64,000 bases of DNA, taken from IMG/VR virus record IMGVR_UViG_2636415849_000003, positions 16,149 to 80,148 of that record; one strand, 5' to 3'. Position numbers and translations under genes: made by a program. Shown piece by piece: positions 56,883 to 64,000 of this stretch; the stretch's first letter is position 1; the number at the start of each line of letters is the position of its first letter. The stretch is from a virus (taxonomy: Duplodnaviria; Caudoviricetes). Under the pieces are notes generated by a model. The model ran no database searches. It was not told the origin of the DNA and saw nothing but the letters and a program-made list of their open reading frames with translations.

Positions 56883-57077
56883 ATGTCCATCAACCAACCC
56901 ACCTTCAAGTTCAACTTGAAGCAAAACGTGCAGATCACCATCAGCGGCGAGCAAGGCCAAGTGCGTGCTCGCGGCGACGGCGTAGAGCGCACCAATCAAT
57001 ACCTCGTGCACTACAAGAGCGCGCAAGGCATGGCAACCGAAGCATGGTGGAACGAAGACCAGATTGAAGCCGTCTGA
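56883..57077 (+). CDS. Small SH3-like hypothetical protein
   Basis: AAGGA RBS; FKFNLKQNV..YLVHY..EAWW.E. Confidence 0.72.
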   Translation: MSINQPTFKFNLKQNVQITISGEQGQVRARGDGVERTNQYLVHYKSAQGMATEAWWNEDQIEAV

Positions 57078-57121
57078 TCTGCTCGACCAACGGGCCCGCG
57101 CAATGCGGGCCTTGTCTTTAG

Positions 57122-57249
57122 AACCATCTAGCGTGACCACTCAAGCAGGTCTGCCGCCGCAGAAATGGGTCTGAGGCGTCAGCTATCAGGAACTTCAGCG
57201 CAGGGGTCGCACTCTACGTTGATGGCGACAGTGGTCACACCAGATGGTT
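57122..57249. ncRNA. Candidate structured RNA A (copy 2)
   Basis: 20-bp terminal inverted repeat; 25 bp identical to copy 1. Confidence 0.5.
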
Positions 57250-57256
57250 TCAGTTT

Positions 57257-57366
57257 CGCCGGGCCTGGGAGCTCTCCTCCCTCCCTCCTAACCACTTCCC
57301 CAGGCATGCCCACCAGGGCACCGGCACTTTTCATAAGCCCGCCAGCAACCGCTGAGCGGGCTTTTT
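57257..57366 (+). ncRNA. Candidate anti-SD sRNA B (copy 2)
   Basis: Same architecture as 17033-17148. Confidence 0.55.
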
Positions 57367-57377
57367 CATGGAGCCAA

Positions 57378-57724
57378 TGACCATGGCAACACCCGCCACC
57401 ACCGAGCGAAAAGCCCCCACCCGCCGCCGCGCCCCCAAGGCCGAGCACCTGAGCATGGCTCACCCCGATCTGCCACATACGGAACACCCGCATTTCTGGG
57501 TTGCCACCTATCTCGCTGATCTGGCTGAGCAAGTCGCACTTGAGCACCTCCGGCGAAAGATCCGTCCAAAGGTAGACAAGTTGACCTTCGATGCACTCTG
57601 GACCTCGGACACGTTCTACTTCGTCAGGATTAGTCAATCCGCTGAATTTGTGCGTAAGGAAGGGCTGCTGCTCTATGCATGGCCCGGAACCAAGCTGTTC
57701 ACCAACCCCGAAGCCCGCCACTGA
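57378..57724 (+). CDS. Hypothetical early protein
   Basis: GGAG RBS; stop lies in a hairpin loop. Confidence 0.65.
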
Positions 57725-57759
57725 GCGGGCTTTTCTTTTGCCCTCAACCGGAGAACCCC

Positions 57760-57999
57760 ATGCAAGCAGCACGCCACACCTTGCCCAGCGTCCCGATCAC
57801 CAGCGCGGCATTTCAGTACAGCAACTCGGCCAGCACCAACATTGCCGAGACATTCGCCAAGGCCCGCGAGCGCATTGCAGCCGAGCAAGCTGCCCAGGCC
57901 AAGAAGCCGCGCCGCCGCACCCAGCACGGCCCGGCACTGATGACCATCAAACGCGTGCGCGCCGGCACCACCAATCACCTGACCCTGCCACTTTTCTAG
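57760..57999 (+). CDS. Hypothetical early protein
   Basis: GGAG RBS; FQYSNSASTNIAETF. Confidence 0.65.
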   Translation: MQAARHTLPSVPITSAAFQYSNSASTNIAETFAKARERIAAEQAAQAKKPRRRTQHGPALMTIKRVRAGTTNHLTLPLF

Positions 58000-58307
58000 G
58001 AGCCGCCCCCATGCGCGTTTTTGTCCTGACATGCGGCTGCGTCTCCATCCAACACATTGCCCGCAGCACTGCCGAAGCGTTTGACCATGGCTTTGTCGAG
58101 CTGGGCCACCTGGGTTTGGGGATCTCCTGCCGATGCATCCGATAGACACCGTGCTGCACGAGCTGCAGCGCCGCGACCGACAGCGCAGCCGCCTGCTGCG
58201 ACTCATGCAGAGCCAGGCGGCAACCGCCGCCCAGCCTGCCAACTCTCTCAACACCTATTTTCAAACCGAGCTGCAGCAAGCGCTGCGCGCCATGAACAGG
58301 ACCAGCA

Positions 58308-58937
58308 ATGCTTCCCATCCATTTTCCCGAGGACTTCACCGAGCAAACAGCCGCCCATATCGTGCTGGACCTTGAAACACTCAGCACCGCACCTAATGCC
58401 GTGGTGACGAGCATTGGAGCTGTGGCACTCAACAAATACGGCCAACCCATTGCCGATGGCGAGCTACATATGGCGCTGAAGTTGAATCATCAGATCACCA
58501 CGCGCCATACAGACATCAACACTATCAAATGGTGGGAGCAGCAAAGCCAGGAGGCGCAAGCCGGCTCATACGCAGCACTGGAGCATTTGCGCTGGCACGT
58601 TGAAACCGCCTTGCAAGCCTTCTCAAACTGGATCCATCTGCGCACTGATATGAAGCACGTGCGCGTCTGGGGAAACGGTTGCAGCTTCGACAACGTCATC
58701 CTGGCCAGCCTTTACCGCGACTGGCATATCACCGCGCCCTGGAAGTTCTGGAATGACCGTGACATGCGCACCGTGACCGGCCTAATCCCATCGGTGAAGA
58801 CCTTGCCATTCATGGGCATCAAGCACCACGCCCTTGACGATGCACGACATGAAGCCAACCAGCTCAGTCAAGCCATCCAGCGGTTGAGCAGCCTGCTCAC
58901 CACCTCCAGCGCAGCCACCCAAGCCACCACTGCATAA
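58308..58937 (+). CDS. 3'-5' exonuclease (DEDDh, Rv2179c/ExoVIII-like)
   Basis: LDLETL, WGNGCSFDNVIL, HHALDDA. Confidence 0.88.
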   Translation: MLPIHFPEDFTEQTAAHIVLDLETLSTAPNAVVTSIGAVALNKYGQPIADGELHMALKLNHQITTRHTDINTIKWWEQQSQEAQAGSYAALEHLRWHVETALQAFSNWIHLRTDMKHVRVWGNGCSFDNVILASLYRDWHITAPWKFWNDRDMRTVTGLIPSVKTLPFMGIKHHALDDARHEANQLSQAIQRLSSLLTTSSAATQATTA

Positions 58938-58949
58938 AGGAAGACCACC

Positions 58950-59207
58950 ATGCCCACCCGTTCTATCGTGATCTTCGGCCCTCGCGGCTGCGGTAAGGCC
59001 AACCAGGCAGCGCGCCTGCAGAAGCATTTCGGCCTCAGCAAAGTCTATGACACCGACTGCGAAGGCCTGACCAGCGCCCGCCAGCTGCCGCGCCATGACA
59101 CCCTGATCCTGGCCAACACCCAGCCGCAGCGCTGCCCCGTGCGCAGCATGAGCTTTGAGCAGGCTGTGCGCCAGATGGCCCAGGCACCCAATCAAGCCCA
59201 TGGCTGA
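58950..59207 (+). CDS. Small P-loop-like protein
   Basis: IVIFGPRGCGKA; AAGGA RBS. Confidence 0.6.
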   Translation: MPTRSIVIFGPRGCGKANQAARLQKHFGLSKVYDTDCEGLTSARQLPRHDTLILANTQPQRCPVRSMSFEQAVRQMAQAPNQAHG

Positions 59208-59430
59208 ATCCTTCAAGTCCACCTGGGCCGGTGGCGAGGTGCTGATCCCCAAGGCCCAGGTGGAGGCCGAAGCCCGCGAGGCCTTCGACGCAGGCCGCAC
59301 GGCCAACGAGGCCTGCCCCTACCCCTTCCACACCGACGCCGCCCTGCACTGGCTGGCGACCTTCAACCTCTGCATGCCCCTGTCGTCCAACAGGCAGCCA
59401 CTACCCAATGACCACCTCCCACATTCCTAA
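59200..59430 (+). CDS. Hypothetical early protein
   Basis: ACPYPF..HW motif; coupled to neighbours. Confidence 0.55.
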   Translation: MAESFKSTWAGGEVLIPKAQVEAEAREAFDAGRTANEACPYPFHTDAALHWLATFNLCMPLSSNRQPLPNDHLPHS

Positions 59431-59641
59431 AGGCGGCTTGTGCACCACCTGCGCCAATGGTTCCAAAGCCTGCGCGGATCTGCAGTTTGCGAGCATGCCG
59501 CCAATCCAACGCTACCCCGACGGCATCACCGCCGTGAAGTGCACCGCCCACAGCGCGCCAGCTGCGGCACCGCCGCTCTGCATCAGCTGCGGCGCACGAA
59601 ACCACCCGCTGCCCGATGGCAGCCTGCCCTGCGGTCACTAA
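59408..59641 (+). CDS. Cys-rich hypothetical protein
   Basis: PKGGLCTTC..C..VKC..CISCG..LPCGH. Confidence 0.6.
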   Translation: MTTSHIPKGGLCTTCANGSKACADLQFASMPPIQRYPDGITAVKCTAHSAPAAAPPLCISCGARNHPLPDGSLPCGH

Positions 59642-59740
59642 TCGCACAAACCATTCATAGATAACGATGGACTGAGCCAATCGCTCATATCAATGAATAT
59701 CCGCCCGCCACCGCGCGGGCTTTGTCATTTCTGGAGCCCC

Positions 59741-61327
59741 ATGCTTACCCCTCAATTTGTGCTGGCACTGTCTGCCAAGCTGGTAATTGACTTGTTTGCC
59801 GGTGGCGGCGGTGCCAGCACAGGCATTGAGCAAGCCATCGGCCGCCCGGTTGACATTGCGATCAACCATGACGCCGACGCCATCGGCATGCATGAAGCCA
59901 ACCACCCCCAGACGCGCCACTACCGCGCCGACATCTGGGAGGTCTGCCCTCGCCAAGCCACGGGCGGGCAGCCGGTGGGGCTGCTGCATGCTTCCCCGGA
60001 CTGCACCCACCACAGCCAGGCGCTGGGCGGCCAGCCGCGCAGCAAAGAAATTCGCTCTCTGGCTTGGGTCGTGCCGCGCTGGGGCGGCATTGCAAAGCCT
60101 GATGTCATCACCCTGGAGAACGTGGAGCAGATGCTGCTCTGGTGCAGGCTGATTGCCAAGCGCTGCCCCGATACTGGCCGCGTCGTCACGCTGGACAAGA
60201 TCAAGGACGCCAAGGGCAAGACCACATACCGCGTTGCAGACCCTGGCGAGCGCGTGCCGCGCCATAACCAGTATCTGGTGCCAGACAAGAAGCAACTGGG
60301 CAAGACCTGGAATCGCTTTGTCCAGACGCTGCGCAATCAGGGCTATGTGGTGCAGTGGCGCGTGCTCTGCAATGCTGATGTCGGCTGCAAGAGCACCAGA
60401 ACCCGGCTCTATATGATTGCCCGCCGCGACGGGCTCCCCATCGTCTGGCCCGAGAAGACCCACGCCAAGAAGCCAGTAGGCAATCTCAAGCCGCACAAAT
60501 GGTCAGCCGAGTGCATCGACTGGAGCATTCCCGGCACCAGCATATTCGGACGTAAGAAGGATCTGGCCGAGGCCACGATGCGCCGCATTGCCCATGGCAT
60601 GCAGAAGTATGTGATTGGCAGCAAAGATCCATTCATTGCCCCAGCTGCAGCACACGCCGCCTTCATCACCAAGTTCGCAACGGCTTCCGCCTACCTTGTG
60701 CAGGCAGGCCATGGACAAGGCACAGGCGCCTCAAAACGCAGGAGCCACGGCGTCAACGACATCAGGGGCCCCATCGGCACCATTACCGCCAGCGGTGGCG
60801 GGCAGAGCCTTGCCACGGCCTTCATGGTGCAGGCCAACGGCGGATTCAACACCACGCCGGCAAGGGATCTGCGCGAGGGCATGTCCACGGTCACGACCAG
60901 CGGCAGCCAGCAGCAGCTGATTACGGCCAAGCTGGAGCAGCAGAGCCTGAGCCCAGAGCATGAAGCCGGCGCCCTGCGCTGTGCTGCATTCCTCATGCGG
61001 TACCACGGCAGCGGCGGCCAATGGTCTGATCTGCGCGAGCCGGTAACAACCATCACCACACGCGACCGCCTGGCACTGGTGACGGTCTGGCTCAAGGGTG
61101 AGCCCTGGGTGATCGTAGACATCACGCTGCGCATGCTGGTGCCGCGCGAGCTCTACAACGCTCAGGACTTCCCGCCAAACTACATCATCGACCGCACGGC
61201 CGCAGGCAAGCCCCTGACGAAAACGGCACAGGTGCGAATGGCCGGCAACAGTGTCAGCCCCCTACCCATGCGGTTGATCGTCGCCGCGAACTACAGCGAA
61301 GTAGGCCAGCTCCGAAAGGCAGCCTGA
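59741..61327 (+). CDS. DNA (cytosine-5) methyltransferase, orphan
   Basis: DLFAGGGG, SPDC, ENV, RTRL, GNSV motifs. Confidence 0.93.
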   Translation: MLTPQFVLALSAKLVIDLFAGGGGASTGIEQAIGRPVDIAINHDADAIGMHEANHPQTRHYRADIWEVCPRQATGGQPVGLLHASPDCTHHSQALGGQPRSKEIRSLAWVVPRWGGIAKPDVITLENVEQMLLWCRLIAKRCPDTGRVVTLDKIKDAKGKTTYRVADPGERVPRHNQYLVPDKKQLGKTWNRFVQTLRNQGYVVQWRVLCNADVGCKSTRTRLYMIARRDGLPIVWPEKTHAKKPVGNLKPHKWSAECIDWSIPGTSIFGRKKDLAEATMRRIAHGMQKYVIGSKDPFIAPAAAHAAFITKFATASAYLVQAGHGQGTGASKRRSHGVNDIRGPIGTITASGGGQSLATAFMVQANGGFNTTPARDLREGMSTVTTSGSQQQLITAKLEQQSLSPEHEAGALRCAAFLMRYHGSGGQWSDLREPVTTITTRDRLALVTVWLKGEPWVIVDITLRMLVPRELYNAQDFPPNYIIDRTAAGKPLTKTAQVRMAGNSVSPLPMRLIVAANYSEVGQLRKAA

Positions 61328-61384
61328 CCATCACCACCCGGCCCGCAAAAGCGGGCTTTTCTCATTCTTGTACGGAGCACCATC

Positions 61385-61897
61385 ATGAGCAGCACCACCA
61401 AGCTACTGCCCTGCCCGTTCTGCAGCAACGCAGACATATCCATCAAAAACGAGAACCCCAATGACAATAGCGGGGGATATTTCATTGAATGCCCTGGCTG
61501 TGGCGCCAGCACAAGCCTGCGATTCGCATGCGGCGACGACCCCACCCATCTGCTGGCCGAGCAATGGAACCGCCGAACAGCCTCGCACTGCCTGCACCAG
61601 ATTCAGGAGCCAGCGGCCAAACTGGCCGCGCAGCCAGAAGATATCCGCGACAAGGTGACTCTGGCGCTTGGACTTTCCTTGTCACCCAAGGGAGCACCGA
61701 ACTTCGCATGGTCTTACCTACTGGATGCAATCCGCGAACTGGTGAAGTGCGAAGAGGAATTGACCTTGCTCAAGGCTGGAATGGAAAAATCAAAGACAGC
61801 TCCCACAGACGCGCGGGATACAGAGTCTGACTATCAGCGCGGTTACCGCCATGGCTACAACCGACGGGATGCAGAAGTGCAAGGGGCTCTGCTGTGA
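61385..61897 (+). CDS. Lar-like restriction alleviation domain mosaic protein
   Basis: LLPCPFCS..IECPGCGA..WNRR. Confidence 0.78.
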   Translation: MSSTTKLLPCPFCSNADISIKNENPNDNSGGYFIECPGCGASTSLRFACGDDPTHLLAEQWNRRTASHCLHQIQEPAAKLAAQPEDIRDKVTLALGLSLSPKGAPNFAWSYLLDAIRELVKCEEELTLLKAGMEKSKTAPTDARDTESDYQRGYRHGYNRRDAEVQGALL

Positions 61898-61964
61898 TCT
61901 CTCAAATCTTCATCGCACTGTTTCCAGTGTTCATGTACCAAGCCAAGGAAGGAGCGCAGCAGGG

Positions 61965-62042
61965 ATGAGCCGCAAACGAGACATACGCCGCGCGCGCCGT
62001 GAGCGCGATCAAGAGAAACGCAACCCCGAGCCCCGCCACTGA
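61965..62042 (+). CDS. 25-aa Arg-rich peptide
   Basis: Counterpart of 23903-23980. Confidence 0.5.
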   Translation: MSRKRDIRRARRERDQEKRNPEPRH

Positions 62043-62105
62043 GCGGGGTTCTTTTTTGGTGTGACGCCGGCATGCACTTATCACGCTCTTTGCAGCCCGA
62101 AATCA

Positions 62106-62121
62106 CTGTATATATAATCAG
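62106..62121. promoter_or_regulatory. LexA (SOS) box
   Basis: CTGTATATATAATCAG, overlapping TATAAT. Confidence 0.85.
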
Positions 62122-62143
62122 TATCGATTGAAAGGAATCAACC

Positions 62144-62686
62144 GTGAGCGAAGCACAGCACACTACAGCACTGGCGAACCTACGCCATCTGTATCGAAAC
62201 CTTGCTACTGGTGGAGTTCGAGACGCTGAGGCAGCCAAGCGCATTGCAGAGGGTCTGCTTGCACCTGCAATTTCAGCTCTAGAAAGTGGGCAAACACCTC
62301 AGCGCTCGCCACTCACACTTGAGCAGATAAGCAAGGCTCTTGGGGGTGATGTGCAAGAAGGGTCGTTTCCTCTCGCATGCACTCGACTGATAGAGAGAGC
62401 TCACGGAATTGTTGAATCGGGCACGGACGACAGCACCGAAGGATCTGCAACGAGGAGCAAACCTAGTCTGAATGGGCTGGGCATTCCTCCCGCTGAACTT
62501 CATGACTTGGTTACCGCACTCCGCTTGGGTGACGCAACTGCATTGAAAGCAGCGGAAGTGATTGAAAAGCTCAGTCAGATCTCGACGCCCAGACTGCGCC
62601 GCATCCCGGTGCTCGGAGAGATCGAAGACGAGGCGGTATTCATCAAGCCACTTGATACGCCACCTGGCACAACATGGGCCGAATAG
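62144..62686 (+). CDS. SOS-regulated hypothetical protein
   Basis: AAGGA RBS with GTG start; own promoter; flanked by terminators. Confidence 0.72.
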   Translation: MSEAQHTTALANLRHLYRNLATGGVRDAEAAKRIAEGLLAPAISALESGQTPQRSPLTLEQISKALGGDVQEGSFPLACTRLIERAHGIVESGTDDSTEGSATRSKPSLNGLGIPPAELHDLVTALRLGDATALKAAEVIEKLSQISTPRLRRIPVLGEIEDEAVFIKPLDTPPGTTWAE

Positions 62687-62748
62687 CAGCCCTTCCCACA
62701 AACACCAAGCCCCGCCTAGTGCGGGGCTTTTTCGTTAATGGAGCTTTT

Positions 62749-62955
62749 ATGACCGGATTTCTCACGAAAGAAGAACGGCGCGAGCTGACCGGCTATCGCA
62801 ACCAGAGCCCGCAAATCGCCTGGCTCAAATCCAAAGGCCTGCCATTTCAGATTGATGAAGATCGATTGATTGTGATGCGCAGCCATGTGCAGCAATGGAT
62901 CGAGGGCAAGCCCCTCGTGAAGTCCAAAGGCGTGAATTTTTCAGCAGTGAAGTAG
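62749..62955 (+). CDS. Putative excisionase (DUF4224-like)
   Basis: FLTKEERRELTGY..QIAWLKSKGLPF. Confidence 0.8.
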   Translation: MTGFLTKEERRELTGYRNQSPQIAWLKSKGLPFQIDEDRLIVMRSHVQQWIEGKPLVKSKGVNFSAVK

Positions 62956-62965
62956 GGAACAGCCA

Positions 62966-64000
62966 ATGCCCAAAAAAACAAAATATCCGCGACTCACCGC
63001 CCTGTCGCGCAGAAACAAGAATGGCAAAGTTCGCGTCTATTACTACTACTACCGCCGCGATCTTGGGCACAAAGACATCCCCTTGGGCAAAGACTTTGAC
63101 ACTGCCGTCAAAAAATGGGAGGAGCTGTCAGAAACCGGAACCATGCGCTCCGGCACTATTGGTGAGGCCTTGGATCGGTGGGAAGAAAAGGAGCTCATCA
63201 AGTACGAAAGTACGGAGACCAAGAACGGCTACATCAAGCATTTGCAGAAGCTCAAACCAGTGTTTGCCAATGCCACCTGGGATGACGTTGACCTTCCCAC
63301 CTTGCGCCAGTATTTAGATCTGCGCACCGGCAAGACCCAAGGAAACCGGGAAATGTCGTTGCTCTCGATCATCTGGCACAAAGCATTGGTTTGGGGGATG
63401 ACGAAAAAACCATGGCCCGCCCAAGGCGTGAAGAACTGGAAAAACGCGGAGCAGGCACGCGAGTTCGAGGTGACTGCCGAGCTATTTGCCGCAGTCTACG
63501 CCCAAGGCGATCAGGTCTTGCGCGATGGCATGGACATCGCAACAGCGACTGCCATGCGCCTCAAAGACGTGGCAGACGTGGACCTGCCCGTCAACGGCAG
63601 ACTCAAGCGCCTGGCCAACAAAACCAAGCGACTCAAGGGCGCAATTGAATTCATCGTTGCTGATTCGCCGGTACTGACCCGAATCCTTGAGCGGCGATTA
63701 AGCATAGAAACAGACTGCACCAAGCTGCTATGCACGCCTGACGGCAAAGCCGTCTCACAGCGCATGCTGTCCGACCGCTGGACTGATGCCCGCGATGCAG
63801 CTGCATACCGCGCCGAAGTCATGGGCAACAAAGAGCTCGGAGCAACCATTCGGGCCATGTACTTGCGTGATATGCGCAGCTTTGCCGCCGACCTTGCTGA
63901 AGATCTTGACGCCGCCTCCAAACTGCTCGATCACAACAGCAAAGTCACGACACGCAAGCACTACCGCACGAAGGCGCAACTGCTTAAAACTACCCGCTAA
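62966..64000 (+). CDS. int: Tyrosine integrase
   Basis: TAMRLKD, RDMRSFAA, LLDHN..TRKHY; homologous to 24446-25477. Confidence 0.92.
   Translation: MPKKTKYPRLTALSRRNKNGKVRVYYYYYRRDLGHKDIPLGKDFDTAVKKWEELSETGTMRSGTIGEALDRWEEKELIKYESTETKNGYIKHLQKLKPVFANATWDDVDLPTLRQYLDLRTGKTQGNREMSLLSIIWHKALVWGMTKKPWPAQGVKNWKNAEQAREFEVTAELFAAVYAQGDQVLRDGMDIATATAMRLKDVADVDLPVNGRLKRLANKTKRLKGAIEFIVADSPVLTRILERRLSIETDCTKLLCTPDGKAVSQRMLSDRWTDARDAAAYRAEVMGNKELGATIRAMYLRDMRSFAADLAEDLDAASKLLDHNSKVTTRKHYRTKAQLLKTTR

Larger units (their letters stand above)
25631..64000. mobile_element. Prophage 2 (lambda-type portal/terminase, GTA-like tail tip), nearly complete
   Basis: Lysis, tail, head, packaging, replication, immunity and early genes, ending in int at the window edge. 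Confidence 0.95.

Noticed and set aside
59741-61327. Restriction-modification system
   Set aside because: No cognate endonuclease nearby; typical orphan phage methyltransferase.

Overview
The window holds two tandem temperate prophages in a GC-rich host. A Comamonadaceae-like betaproteobacterium is inferred from gene content and motifs only. They are separated by the 3' part of a tRNA-Leu(CAA) (att core, 25574-25630). Prophage 1 (from before base 1 to ~25630) shows HK97-type head genes, replication and immunity regions, and an early operon ending in xis/int. That early operon contains a complete diversity-generating retroelement (DGR): two tandem small C-type-lectin-like (DUF1566-like) target genes, avd, an 80-bp template repeat and a reverse transcriptase. 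Both variable repeats show adenine-specific divergence from the template. The DGR sits in the same linker-flanked slot where prophage 2 carries a DNA methyltransferase. Prophage 2 (~25631 to beyond 64000) is nearly complete. It has umuDC, an AbiF-like HEPN gene with an upstream structured RNA and three NrdR-box-like palindromes, a lysis cassette, a GTA-like tail tip, lambda-type portal and terminase, a Mor-like late activator with two candidate sites, a short repressor lacking a peptidase domain, and xis/int. Comparing the two phages reveals several shared non-coding structured elements, including a candidate anti-Shine-Dalgarno sRNA. All family assignments are by eye from motifs and synteny; no searches were run.
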